Shown: positions 11,792 through 25,200 of the stretch, one piece after another
How positions within the stretch are numbered: the stretch's first letter is position 1
Layout: each line of letters starts with the position of its first letter
Assembly: GCF_000281045.1 (NCBI RefSeq)
Contig: NW_008246074.1
Location: forward strand, 1,016,573-1,080,572
Source: Saprolegnia diclina VS20
Taxonomy: Eukaryota
Direction of reading: 5' to 3'
DNA: 64,000 nucleotides
Notes under the pieces: generated by a model
What the model was told of the DNA's origin: nothing
Database searches by the model: none
The model's input: only the letters and a program-made list of their open reading frames with translations
Program-made: the position numbers and the translations under genes

Positions 11792-12884
11792 TATTGTCTT
11801 GTCGATTGCTGCTCAAAATGCAAACTGAGATTCCGAGTGCCATCGCAGCGCACCACGTGGAAATATATATTCTCACTTCTGTCTCAATCCAGCCTGGACA
11901 GTATCCGCGGTCGACAAGGCTGCCGTGACGTTGCAATACCCTTTGTTGCGTTTACTCGGTCGGAGCGGGCGCCAAAGGACGGACAGATGCAGACGCTGTT
12001 ACCCAAAAGAAGCGTCGCCTTTCTGAGCAGAATCGGCGGTTCGCGAAATCTAGGATCGGCCAACGAATGCTTCTTGGTCGCTGGGGTTCGCACGAGGTTC
12101 GACGCAACACGCTCTCAAGGTATAGCGTAGAATTGCGCTTGCACGCTGTGTAGGACTCGCGTAGGACTCGCGTAGGAAGGACGAGCGACGGTGCATCAAA
12201 GGTGAAAAGAAGGAGGATCCTTGCAGCCACGAGATGGACGTTGAAGTTGAAGAAGAAAGGACCTGATGGAACCAGGCTGCGTTGTCGTCATATCATAGAA
12301 ACGCACAACAGTCCGACCCATCGATGCATCGCGAACACTCGGCACGATAACAGCATGGTTGGCGACACCTCGCGGATCAAGCGCTTCTTCGTACACAGGG
12401 ACCTCGGTGATGGCCACGAGACCGAGTCTCGCATGCGTCCAAGCTTGTTGACCCAGCGACTGGAGCTGCATTAACCCAAGTACCGATGCCAATACCAATT
12501 CTATCCAAGCTTCGAAGCTTGTACGCGAGTACGCTTTGCATCGATATTCCCGCGCCTGGTCGGTTGCCCATCAGGCGCCATGTCCCAACTCAACCTGTGC
12601 GATATATTGAGACGATCTTGGGAATAGCGGCGGCGCCGAGGGGCGTTTGCTATCCGGCACATTCCGGATATGAAGGGAGCCCGGGGCACCATTCGTATTT
12701 AATGGGAATCCAGGATGTAATAGAATTAAAAGTTTATTCATATACAAATACCGAGTGAGATCTTTGAAAATGCAAAAAAGAGGGACCGGGGCACCGTATT
12801 TTTATGCAACGAAGTCAACGGGGGGCTTGAGCGCATGATAAGTGGCTGTGTAGTTCTTAGCATCTACGATCGGACCCAAGCAAC

Positions 12885-14592
12885 ATGTCGATGGTATTTG
12901 ACGAGTATGGCCGCCCCTTCATCATCTTGAGAGATCAAGAGAAGACGGAGCGCATCAAGGGTATCGACGCCATCAAGGTAGACGGCTGCATGGCATGGCC
13001 TCGAAGCTCATGCTGCTGACTGCGTAGAGCAACATCTTGGCGGCGCGCACGGTGACGAGCCTCCTCCGCACGTCGCTCGGCCCCAAGGGTACGCCCGCTT
13101 CGCCTGCGAATAAGGCTTATGACCATATTGGCTAGGCATGGACAAGATGCTCGTGAGCCAGGATGGCGACGTGACCATCTCGAACGACGGCGCGACGATC
13201 CTGCAGCAGATGCAGGTCGAGCACCGCGTTGCCCACTTGCTCGTCGAGCTCTCGCAGTCGCAGGACGACGAGATTGGCGACGGTACCACGGGCGTGGTCG
13301 TGCTCGCCGGCGCGCTCTTGGAGCAGGCCGAGAAGCTCCTCGCGCGTGGCCTCCACCCGATGCGCATTGCCGACGGCTTTGAGGAAGCGTGCGCGATTGC
13401 GGTCAAGCACCTCGAGTCGGTGAGCGACCGCATCGAGTTCTCCAAGGACAACACGACGCCGCTCATTGAGACGGCCATGACGACGCTCTCGAGCAAGATC
13501 ATCAACAAGTACAAGCGTCAAATGGCCGAGATTGCGGTCAGCGCCGTCACCAAAGTGTGCAACTGGGAGACGCGCGACGTCAACTTTGACTTGATCAAGA
13601 TGGAGGGCAAGCCCGGCGGTACCCTCGAGGAGACGCGCCTCATCAACGGTATCGTGGTCGACAAGGACTTTTCGCACCCGCAGATGGCCAAGGAAGTCCG
13701 CGACGCCAAGATGTGCATTCTCACGTGCCCGTTCGAGCCCCCGAAACCCAAGACGAAGCACAAGCTCGACATTACGACCGTCGAGGCGTACGAGGCCCTC
13801 TACTCGCAAGAGCAGGACTACTTCCGTACCATGATCAAGCAGGTCAAGGACTCGGGCGCCAACCTCGTCATTTGCCAATGGGGCTTTGACGACGAAGCCA
13901 ACCATTTGCTCCTTCAAAACGAACTCCCGGCCGTGCGCTGGGTGGGCGGTGTCGAGCTCGAGCTCATTGCGATCGCGACCGGCGGCCGTATCGTGCCGCG
14001 CTTCTCGGAGCTCACGGCCGACAAGCTCGGCCACGCCGGCGTCGTCCGCGAAATGGCCTTTGGCACGACCAAGGAACGCATGCTCATCATTGAAGACTGC
14101 GCCAAGTCGGACGCGATCACGGTGCTCGTCCGCGGCGGCAACAAGATGATTGTCGAAGAGGCCAAGCGCGCGCTCCATGACGCCATGTGCGTCACGCGCA
14201 ACCTCATCAAGAACAACCGCGTGGTCTACGGCGGTGGCTCGGCCGAGATTACGTGCGCGATTGCGATCCGCGAGCACGCCAACAAGACGACGGGCATTGA
14301 GCAGTACGCGATCCGCGGCTTTGCCGAAGCGCTCGAGGACATCCCGATGGCGCTCGCAGAGAACGCGGGCCTGAGCCCGATCGACTCGCTCTCGGCCGTC
14401 CGCGCCAAGCAGCTCAGCGAGAAGAACCCGCGCCTCGGCATTGACTGCAACGCGACGGGCACGTATGATATGAAGGACCAGCACGTGTTTGAGACGCTGA
14501 TCGGGAAGCAGCAGCAGCTGCAGCTCGCGACGCAGGTCGTGCGCATGATCCTCAAGATTGACGACGTCATGCTGGAGGGCACGTACGCTTAG
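12885..14592 (+). CDS. CCT5: T-complex protein 1 subunit epsilon, 3 exons
   Basis: [56 protein letters not shown] and [14 protein letters not shown]. Confidence 0.97.
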
Positions 14593-14956
14593 ATTTTGGT
14601 TAGTTAAAGTAAAAAGAGAGTTCATCAGCAGCCTCTATTGTGTCGTAGCTGCGCCCGGCGACGCGTGCGAAGCGGCGATCGGCGATCGGTGAAGCGTCGT
14701 GCCTCTCTGCCCGCTCGTGGCGCAAGAGGCAAGTTAGCCCCGCAATGTCAGGTATACAAGATCTGTCATGTGCTGAGGTCACCAGCGGTAGTGGGCTCCG
14801 AGCCCGTGGCCGTCGCCGGTGGCCTGCGATGGGCGCGCCTGCCATGGGCAGTGTACCATGCCAGGTACCATGCCATGCTCAGGATGCTGTTGCCAAAACA
14901 TCCGGATAGCAGTGGCGATGTATCCGTACAACCACATCCCGACGGCCCGAACGAGC

Positions 14957-16193
14957 ATGGCACTGGAGGAAGCCGTCGACCAAGCCTTGGCGCTCTGGAA
15001 GAAGGCGACGGCGCCGGCGAAAGGAAGCCGCGCAGGCGCGCCGTCGCAGCCGCTGCGGCAGGACGAGCCCGGTGTCGCCAAGTGCCGGCCAAACAACTGG
15101 GCCGACTTCCAGCACCGCGTCGCGTCCTTCTCGACGCTGCATTGGTTTGCCAAGCCATTAGAGCTCGACTTGCTCGTGTGCGCCCAGCACGGCTGGGTCA
15201 ACGACGGTCCCGACGTCTTGCAGTGCGAGTGCTGCCATGCGCGCTTAAATTGCCGCATCGACGAGCGGCTGAGCCCCGAGGTACCATCGATATGCTGCTC
15301 GATGCTCGTTCATCATGCATGCACAGGGCGCGCACAAGGTTGCGCTGGGCCTGCACGAGCGCTTGACGTCGTTTCACTTGAGCACGTGTCCGTGGCGGGG
15401 CAACCCATCGCCCGCGTCGTTTTGCCACGTACACACAAGACAAGCCTTGCTCGCCTCTCATGCTTCTGTAGCTGCATTTCTGGAGCGCCGACGAAGCGCT
15501 CGAGAGCGTACGCAAAGCCATTGCTACCATGTGCACCGAACTGCGAGCAGTGTCGCATCTCGGGCCCGTCGACGTCGATGCCGCCTTCCTCGACCTGCTC
15601 CGCACCCGCGCCAACGTGTCGGAGGCCGACTGGCCCGCCTACTGCAAGGGCGTCGTCTCGGGCGTGCTGGACGACGATGCGGCGGACGTGCCAGCTCTGG
15701 AGGCCACGATCCTCGTCGGTCTCGCTGCCAGCGGTTGGAGTCTTCGCAGCCATGGTACCCCGGCTTCGACCGCTTACTAGCTAAGATCTTATTTACTCTA
15801 TGGATAGAGGCTGCGCTGCTCGCACACTGCACGTTTTGCAATCGGTCGGCGATCTTTTGCTCGACGCTCGACGACGCCTCGACCGAGCCCGCGTCCAAGC
15901 GCCACAAAGCGTTGGCCTTCCATCCGCTTGAAGCCCACCGATGGTATTGTCACCCTTCCGGCCTCGAGTGGCCACCTCACCTCATGTAGGTACTGCCCGT
16001 GGCAGCGCCAGATGCGCGAGGTGCCAGGGTGGATGCAGTGCGCCGACGCCTTGCGAGACCCGACCACGCCCTCGGCACGGACGTCGGCGCCGACGTTGAC
16101 ACAGGTAGCCACGCACTGTTTGCAGTACGAGGCTCACGCGCTACGTAGCCGGCTGACGTGCTCGCGGCCGTGCATGCCATCCTCGACTTTTAA
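14957..16193 (+). CDS. C3HC zinc-finger protein (NIPA/ZC3HC1/Rsm1-like), multi-exon
   Basis: CRP...F..RVASF...WFAKP..L....CAQHGW...LQCECC, H...CPW, a second repeat with GW...CTFC and FHPLEAHRW|YCPW. Confidence 0.85.
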
Positions 16194-16252
16194 TGCTGTC
16201 GAATAGATAAGTGGGTTATGAGACTGCGTTGGACGGACTACGTAAGTGCGTC

Positions 16253-16501
16253 TTAGAGCCGCTTGACGTACGGCGACGCGGTCGTGACGGGCGTCTCGGA
16301 CGCGTTGTAGTACTTTTGGTTCTCGAGGTACGCGTCCCAATGAGCGCGGTATCGCTGCCGCCGCCGGTGCGCGTGCGCTTGGAAGTCGTCGACGGCCGCT
16401 ACTGGCAGCGACTCGCTGGTCTCCATCTCGGGCGCGACGCGGCGACGCTTCTGGCGCGGGCGAACCTCTTCCACATGCGGCGCCGACCGGAGCGGAGCCA
16501 T
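16253..16501 (-). CDS. Small hypothetical protein (82 aa)
   Basis: Codon usage like neighbouring genes, NLS-like RQKRRR, and upstream CCAAT and CCGGATA motifs. Confidence 0.5.
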   Translation of the reverse strand: MAPLRSAPHVEEVRPRQKRRRVAPEMETSESLPVAAVDDFQAHAHRRRQRYRAHWDAYLENQKYYNASETPVTTASPYVKRL

Positions 16502-16923
16502 CCTGCGCGACCAATTTCAATGTGAGCAGCAGGATGGGAGCGAGATCCTCCGGATAGTGTATTCGTATCCGGATGATCCACGGGCTTCTGAAAGTTGGCG
16601 CAGGAAAAAGCGCGGGAAAGCGCGTCGGGTTGTGAGTACTAGGGCCATGACCGCCATCGTCGACCTGGACATAGGGACATACTAGACCCTTCGACTAATA
16701 TACCAGTAGCTCCTAGACGATTTATCTTAGTGTAGTACGGCAATACGAAGATGAATGCCATAGTCCTCGCCGAGCACCGACCGGCACTTGTACACTGGAT
16801 AGCAGCCGCCGCAGAAGCATGCTACGTCGCAGTCGCCGACCGAACGCGACCTGCTGCGACAGTACAATATGCAAACAGCCAAGATGCCTCAAGATTCGGT
16901 CTTAATGCATGCGATACGCAGCG

Positions 16924-19765
16924 CTACTTGTTGGTGTTGTTGACCGAGATGATCGAGCGCGCCGTGAGCGTGTGGTCGGAGCGCGCTTCGGAGCGCGCAA
17001 TGTCGCTATGACGGCGCGACTGCACCGAGCCCCACGTCTCGTTGGACTGCAGCGAGCTGCGCGGCGAGAGCGTCGAGTATGTGTCCATCTCGGAGATGCT
17101 CTGGCCTGCGATCTCGAGCAAGTCGAGGAGCTCGGCGCCGTACGGTTCGTAGCCCGGGATCGGGTACTGGAAGCCACCGCGAAAGTTGAACCGGACGCGC
17201 GCGATCGGGTCCTTGCTCGAGAAGAGCGTGACGGCTGGAAAGAGCGCGTAGTGCGTGCTGTGGAGCCGCAGCGGCTGCTGCACCTCGCCCCGCTTCTTGA
17301 GCGGCGACGCGCTCCCGTCGGATACGACAGGGATCACGAGCTGTCCGTTCAAGTAAAACTCGACGAACGGCTCGACCGCGTCTTGGTCGATCGTACACGC
17401 GACGACGTCACCGCTGCTAAACGTTGGCACACCGCTGTACTGTTTGCCATTGCAATAGAGAACACCCATGCCGTCGCCCATCAAGCCCGCATGCGACTGC
17501 CAGAGAATGCCAAAGCTGTTGCCGTCGTCGCCTGGCGTCAGTCCCGGAAAGACGACCCCTAGCCTCCATAGTTGCATCAATACTCTTGGGCAAAGACGAA
17601 GGATGCACCGTAGCCGTTGAGTTCGCCGAACCGCGTCATTTCGCCGCGCGGCGACTCGGGGGCTTCGTGGGTCTGTCGCCACACGTCTTCGGACGGGGCC
17701 CACTGCAGCACGCTGCGAGGGACTTCCCACCCAATCGCAATGCTGGCGCCAACCGGATCCATGGCTTCAATACACACCTAGGACATTGACTAAGAAGACG
17801 CAACATATGACATCGTACCTCAAACATCCACCGGCCAAACTCCCCCGCACAGCGCTGCTTGGTGCCGATCGCCGAGCAGTACCGGTTCGACGACTCGAGC
17901 TCCACGAGCAAGTCGTCTTCGGCCAAACTCAAGTGGTCGCTCAAGAGCGCGGGGTTGATTTTCACATGGCTAAACTCGCGCCGGCGCTGGAGCTCTTTCG
18001 TGAGAATGTGCGGATAGCCCTTACAGAGTTCGCCGAGCGCCGACACTTCCTTTGACGGGTTGGACGATGCGTCGCCGACAAACTTTTCAAACGCATACTG
18101 CATGACGTCCCGAAGCGCTTCGTTCGGCAAGCTCTAGCCACAGACATATATCAACTTGATACATTACGAGATCTCAAAAGGACTTCGAGCGCTTTAGTGA
18201 GCGAAATCAGCCGCGTGTGAATCTCGCGCCGGAGCATCTCGTGGTAGACAAACTGTGCGCCGTACACCGTGTTGATTTCCGCCGCGTCGCTGTCGGGCAA
18301 GTGCTGCAGCAGCACGAGCAACGTCGTCTCGGCCAAGAGCGGGCTCGTGAGCTCCCGCCGCGTGCAAAACTGCTGGAACCGACGCGGCTCGGTAAGGTAC
18401 CGAACACACGCATTCAGTAGCTTCTTGCAGGCCAAATCTTGCGCCAGCAGCAGCAGCTACAATTGCTGAGCCATACCGGGCAACACATCGACACGTACTT
18501 GAAGAAGAAACTCGCTCGCACCAAAGATCGCGTCCACTTGCTGGAGATTGACGGCCATAACATGCTCGAGCTGTGCCAGCGTCGTCTGCGTCGAGTCGCG
18601 GTGCATCGCGAGCGCTTTTAGACGCTCGACTTCAATGCGGACAAAGAGCGACTCGCGCTGCGCCGAGTACTTGGCCGAAATCCGCGCTGTTTCATTGGCG
18701 ACTGTCGCCGCGTGCATGGCGTGGACCGACTGCAAGTCGTGCTGCAGCGCTTGGTCGAGGAACGTGCGCGTGTGCGCGACTTCCTTGTTCTTGGCATTTT
18801 CGAGCACGTCGCCGTACCGCTTCATCTCAATCTCAAAAATCTGGTTGATTTCGTCGCTGCTGAGTTTGTTGGTCTTTTGAAACTTGTCGTACTCGTCCAC
18901 CAAAGTCAAGCGGCGCTCGACCACGTCTTGGTCCTTCGCAAAAAGGACCTACCGGCCAAGTGCGATAGTTCAACCGGTCCTGATGGCGATAGACAATATG
19001 TACCATGCGATCAAACACAGGCGCGTCAAAGTGGTTGTGCAACAGAATGTTGTCGTACGCCGGCACGTCGTCGGTCAACACAATCTTCTCCCGCGACGTG
19101 CCCGTGCGCGGCACATACGTCAGCGCTTGGTGCCGCGGCGGCGTGCTGCCGGTCGCTTGCGCGAGGAAGCCATCAATGACGCTCGAGACGCCGCGGAGTA
19201 GATGCTTTGGCACTTCGCGCACGTACTAATATGTCCATATACAAGATGCCAACGTTGCCATACCACGATCGCGTACCGGCGTCATCGACCGACCCGACAC
19301 TTCAATGCGGATCGTGTCCATATTGGCCACCATATCGTCGTCCATCTCCATCTCAAGGCGCAGTGTCGGATGCAGTGCGGTCTCGAGGCGCTCCGAGAGG
19401 TCGACGCACGGCGCGTACGTCGGGTCGAGCGCCTCGACGGGGCTCGCAGCCGCAAGGAGCGACTTGAGGTACACGCGCAGAATGCCCCTATTGGTGGCCA
19501 GCGTCGTGAGCTGGCGAAAGCGCTTGTCGAGCTGCGCCATGGACCGCTCGACGCCAAACTTGTGCCCAAAGCCGCGCTGGTACTCGACATCGGTCGCAAA
19601 TGGCTTGGGCGCGAAGCAGTTGTAGTGCAAGACAAAGAGGTCTTGGTCGACGGTGAAGAACGGGTCCGTCCACGACGTGCGCGGTGTCTCGACGATCGAG
19701 CCTTCGCGAATGTCGAGCTTGGCCGGCTCCATGTACAGTCGTCGCACGCCTGCGATGGCCGTCAT
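16924..19765 (-). CDS. Coiled-coil plus C-terminal SPRY/B30.2-domain protein, multi-exon; 5' end uncertain
   Basis: Chain of minus-strand exons. SPRY motifs GRWMFEV, IAIGW, PG..GNSFG, FSSGDVVAC.ID, EFYLNG, LFPAVTL and RFNF. Confidence 0.8.
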
Positions 19766-20015
19766 CGCCAGCTAAAAACACACAAGAACCGGTTTCGCTT
19801 CCATTTTCACGACCGCGGACGATGGACAAGGTCATCGCGCCGCTCTGTTGGATCTCATTGTGTGGGCGTAGACACCGTCGACCGATGTCTTTGGCAAGGA
19901 TACCTTTTTGACATCGCTTCGCGACGGCGACGACAAGCGCCGATCCGGCGCCTACTCGCCCAAAGGGTAGAGAGACTCCGACGGGTGTTCAATGTCGCGA
20001 CGTGCGTGGTGTAGC

Positions 20016-21258
20016 ATGGTCAGTGTGCGCGAGCGCTACGCCCAGCTGCACGACGTCGTTGGGTCGCTCTCGGAGAAGATCACGGCGGTGCTGGTCCGCC
20101 AAGAGAAGGACTTTCTCGCTGCGTACCGCGCCCACATGTACAACGTACAGAAGGAGCTCCACGATACAAAGGAAAAGGTTACGCGCAACGAGACGATTGA
20201 GAACAAGTCGGAGAAGATCAAGCTCCTCGAAGAAGAGCGCGACTGGTGCGAAGTGCACGACGCACAGTTGATCGACATCGTACGGGTTAGGTATCGAAAA
20301 GAAGCGCTGCGCCTCGATGCGTTTACGACCAACATGAAGAAGGACCTCAAGCACATGAAGGAGAAGCTCGAGTCGATCGAAGAGGACCGCGACTGGCTCG
20401 AGAAGCAACTAAAAGCGTCGAAGAAACAAAACAAACTCCTTCGCGCCGGTGGGCCACTCCTATGGGTGTCAGGTCGAGATACGATGCGTCGATAGAGCTC
20501 GAGATCCGCCTCGCCAACCTCTCGACGCAACAGAGCGACAGGACGCTCTTTGAACGTCCATCGTCCCCCGCAGAAGACGCCAACGACGGGTTCGCACATG
20601 AGTACGGCGTTCGTTGCCTGAGCAGACATGTAGGCGCGCACTCGGAGACATGCAGCTGCCGCTCGCCGTCGTCGAGCGCGAAGAGAATTTTCGAAAGCAA
20701 ATTCGCCAACTCAAGCGTGAGCTGCAACAGTCCAAGCGCGATGTCAACCGCCTTCGGTCGGACAACAGCAAGCACGATGCCAACCAGCTCGAAGCCTTCT
20801 TCCTCTTGAGCATCGAAGCGGTCAAGCGGGACATGGTGCGGCGCAAGACCCAGGGGCGCGAACCCAAGTCGACGCGGGCAATCGCACCGCTCAAGACCGA
20901 GACCACCACAGGTACGCCGCCATCCATTGCCCATGGATTCAAGCACGGCTAGACTACGACCCGGAGCTCAAGGACTTTACATCGGCCGACCGCGTCCGTG
21001 TCATTGAGCGCCTCCTCGCCCACGACGAAGTACTCTCGATCCTGTACGACAATTTGTTTCCAGAGCACAAACCCGAGAGCGACGTATGCAATGACGCACG
21101 GCTGTCGTCTCAGGAAATTTACTGTAGGAGGGCAAGCAGCGCGAAATACGAACCCCGCCTGTGGGCAGCGCCGTGGCGGCCGTGCGGGACGGCGGCGGGC
21201 TGCCGCTCGACGAGTCTACCTTGGCGTACCTCAAGCTAAAAAAATAACATATAAATAG
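20016..21258 (+). CDS. Uncharacterised coiled-coil protein, multi-exon
   Basis: Heptad-rich exons (QEKDFLAAYRAHMYNVQKEL, LEEERDW|YRKEALRL, QLEAFFLLSIEAVK) with GT-AG introns. Confidence 0.75.
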
Positions 21259-21298
21259 ACAATTCATCCCCCATCGTATGACAAGCAGGAGGGCGAAG

Positions 21299-22147
21299 AT
21301 GAACGACGACGACAGCATCAACCAACTCCTTGCGCAAACACAGCGCTGTTCGTTCGACTGTCAATCACTGTTCAATGCACGTGTGGCCGCCATGGAGGCG
21401 CGCAATCAGGCCACGACAGCCCTCGTCAAGCCCCCGCAGAGTAGTAGCACCACGATCGGTGCCCCCGACTTCCGCACCCGGTTTCGCACGCCAACGCAGT
21501 ACGACCTCAAGGTCGAGTCGGCCAAGAAAAGCGTCACGTCCAATGAGCTCTACCGCCCACCGAGGTCATCGCTGCTGGTAGAGTCTACATGTCCTTATAC
21601 GGTGCCTAGTCTGCACACGTTCCGGGATGAGAACGGTAATAGCAACGTTGGGGAGCGTGAGTTTACGGCCAAATTTGCGCTGCCCGACAACCAAGACATG
21701 CGGCGGCACATTGCGGCCGACCAGGTTGGTGCTGGCATCACCGCCGCGCTGACGTCTCTGGCTAGGAAGGATTTCTCACCGGCACGTCGATCAAGGCGGT
21801 CGTGTGCGATCGCTACTTGCCCCGCGGCCAAGACGTAATTGCATTTCGCTTTTTCAGTTGCGCTGGACGACGCGCGTAGGAGTTTCGGCTGCAGCTGCCG
21901 CACACCAACAGCAAGACGGGCAACCTTAATTTGCGACTGCACGTCACGCTGGATCAGGCAGACATGTTCTCGGGGCGGTCGCAGCACGCCTACCGGTCCG
22001 AAGGGCCCGTGGTAGGACGTCTCTATCGCTTTTTGAGGTCAACCAAATCGGTAGGACCCGCGCTTTGTGCTCGAATTTTCGCCGTCCGGTGTCGGCCAAA
22101 GCTGCGTCGACATTGGTACCCACCAACGACCTGGCAAAAATGCCTAA
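21299..22147 (+). CDS. Hypothetical protein, multi-exon
   Basis: Coding-like segments that can be joined through short GT-AG introns; no recognisable domain. Confidence 0.55.
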
Positions 22148-22214
22148 CGGCACAAGCCATTGCATCCAACGATTCATCACTCTACGTCGAATGAATCATG
22201 ATGACATATCTACT

Positions 22215-25200
22215 TTACATGAGATCCACGAGGTCGTCGTCGTCGTCCTCAAACACAAAAGGTCCCTCGTCGTTGTCGTCGGATTCGCATTCGCTCGCCT
22301 CTTCGTTGGCTTCTTCGTCCATAAAGGAGAGGGCGTTGGACCGATGCGGGTGCACGGACGACTCGGCACGGCGCCACGGCGGCGGCGCGCTCTTCGTCGG
22401 TGCAAAGTACCAGTCTACAGCAGCCTCATGACACCATCGTCCTCGAGAAATGCAAGAGTCATTACCAGGCGCATCGTCGTCCAAGAACGACTCGTCGCTC
22501 CGTCGAACAGCTTCACGAATCGCGTCAATGCCCGAGAGGTCCAGTGGCGCCAACGCCACGGACGACGTGCGCTGCAGCATATTGGATTCCCGCAAATCGG
22601 TCGCCGAGGTCGTTCTCGGTGGCGGTATTGAGGCCACGGTCGTCGTATTTGCGAGGGGTGCAAAGAGGTGGTTGAACTTGTCGAGGAGCTCGGCGCGCGC
22701 ATGTAGCGCATGGAGCGTGTCGGCGCTATACGCCTGGACCGACGCCATGAGCTCGGACGTGGTTGTCAGCGGCTTCTCGGGTGTCGACGCAGAAGACGCA
22801 GCCGACGGCGCGAAAAAGTACTTTTGGCGAATAAAGTCGTGGCGAGCCAGGAGCACTTGCTTGAGCGCGGGTTCGCCGGGCACTGCCATCCATGCGCACT
22901 CAAAGAGCGCGAGGCTGAGCGCGACGCACAAAAGGTACAGCGTTGTGCGTTCGTGGGGCGAAAAGTCGGCAAAGTTGGAGGCGGCGAAGAAGAGAAACCC
23001 GAGGTTCGTAAGGATGCAAAGCCGCGAGAGGAGCATGATGTACGTGAACCACGTGCCAATGTCCTCGGCCTCCATCGGCAGCGGCCGACGCATCGTGCAG
23101 CAGAGGTGGAAGGCATCCAAGCGCAGCTGAATCGCGCTCTCTAAAAACGCCAAGATGGGCGCGATGGGCGCGACAAAGATAAAGAGCGTCACGAGGCCAA
23201 ACTGCACGACAATGTCGGCATAGTCCTCGTACATGTTGTCCAGCGGAGAAAGCGCTAGCTCAGCCTCGACTTCGTCAAGGACCTCGTCCTCGGCCTTGGC
23301 GCTGAGGCTCCGAAGATACCGTAGCAGCGGCAGCGCAATGTGCAGTGCGTTCTTCCCCATGCGGTAGAGGAAGAGGCACAGCAAGAGGTTCTCGACCTCG
23401 GGGAGGCAGTTGCTCGTCGGTCCATAGATGGTGGCGTTCGTTGCCGAAGGCGCGCCAAAACTCGTCCTCGACACGTCGTAGCACCCGAGGGTGTGGTGTT
23501 TTAGAAAGGCCGTAAAGAACAGCGCCGAGTAGTAGATGCTGCCTTGCATCAAAAAGACTAGACACAGATGAGCCGAAGGGGACATCGAGATGTGCAACGC
23601 ACTCTTGAGGACAACATTGTCTTCGTACTCGGACTGCGTCATGTAATTTTCCTTCTCTGTGAGCCAAAACGCCATCTACACCCATTTTGCGTCGAGTGTT
23701 GCGCGAAGAAGAACGTACGCGGGACGTTTGCTTTGCGCACAGATTGACAACGCCGACTTGACATATTGATACGAGTGTCGTGCCGTAAAACGGTCCCGCG
23801 ACACGCACAAACGTCGGCTGGAGACTGTAGAGCGACACCATGACGAGGTAGTAAGCCCAGAGAACGGCGGCGATCACGGCCAACGACACGGCTTGCAGTT
23901 GCACCTACAACACAGTATTCTCCACTGCGTATCATCTTCATAATGGCAGTGTACGCGAAGATGGGTTGGGAAGAAGCGCTCGATTTCGTTCGTGATGGGG
24001 TTGCGCCGCTCCGAGATGCCGTAGAACGCAGGACGCACTTGCTGCTCTTCGACGTAGCCATCCATGCCCCACGCGACCGTTGTCAGATGCTGCTTGCGCT
24101 GCCAGAGCTTGGCGTAGCCAAAAGCCCAGAGCAGAATGCACAGCCCGAGGTACGTGGCGTCGAGCGTACACTCGATGTGCGACGTGCCGTTCGACGTCGT
24201 TGCGATGTACGTTGCGTACCCGTGGTAGTCGCCGTGGTGCCACACAATGTAGATAAGGGAAAAGACCACCGGGAGGAGGAGGCACTGGGCGTAAAAGCCA
24301 AGCCAGAAAAAGTACAAGGCTATCTGCTCGCCATAGTACTCGCGCACGGCCGTGAGCGGCTGCCGGAACGGGTAAATCCGATAGAAAAAGTTGCGAAAGC
24401 ACGCCGTGTCGGGGTCCGGCTCGCCTGGGAGCTGACGCGGTCGCCAGTACGTGAGCCATTGCGTCTTGAGACTCTCGAGGTTCGTCTACCATCATCGCCG
24501 TGTCAAACCCTAATACCAAAAGCAAGGTACCCATTCAAAGCAACTCGCGGCATGCAAACACGAATAGCCCTCGAGGACACCGGAGTCCACCATGGCCGTC
24601 GTATCGAGTTCATCTTGCACGATGCGGTCGACGAGTCGTAAAATGTCGGTAGTCTGAAACACAGATGGGGACGTTTCGACCGTCGGCAAGTCGAGCTGGT
24701 TGGGATGCCGCTTGTAGAGGTACTGCAGACTCGGCTTCTTGTAGTACGTGCCATACGTCGGGTACATGTACGGCACGCGTGCTGGCTTCTTGAGTGTTTT
24801 CTTCTTTGGTTTCTGTCCCAGCGGTAGTGGGGGGTCATCGGCCAAGTCGGCCGCACGTTGGTGGACATTGATGCGGCGTGCAATCTGCGCCAATGATTCA
24901 TGGGCAAAAAACTGGTTCTCGGTCGCCAAGAGCAAGTTGCGGCCATAGAGCGAGCACAACTTTTGCTTTGCCGTCTGCGGATCGTAGACGCGGCGGTCGG
25001 TGGCGACTTCGCGTGGCGTCCAAAACTACATGTCCTTGTGAGCGATCGACAGGTGCAAAAAAAGAGGTTGAGTTCGTACATTCGGCCCCGGGTCCACCGC
25101 ATCTTGGAACGGCAGCTTGTACTTGCGGCGCTCGGCTTCCGTTGCGATCAGCCGACGCGACGCCGAGAGTTTAAAGTATATTTTCTTGCCGTCTTTGGAT

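Noticed and set aside
13132..14625. Long antisense ORFs (497 aa opposite CCT5; similar ones opposite ABCB, calmodulin, RdRP and SMO)
   Set aside because: These are shadow ORFs expected from high-GC3 codon usage and have no independent motifs.
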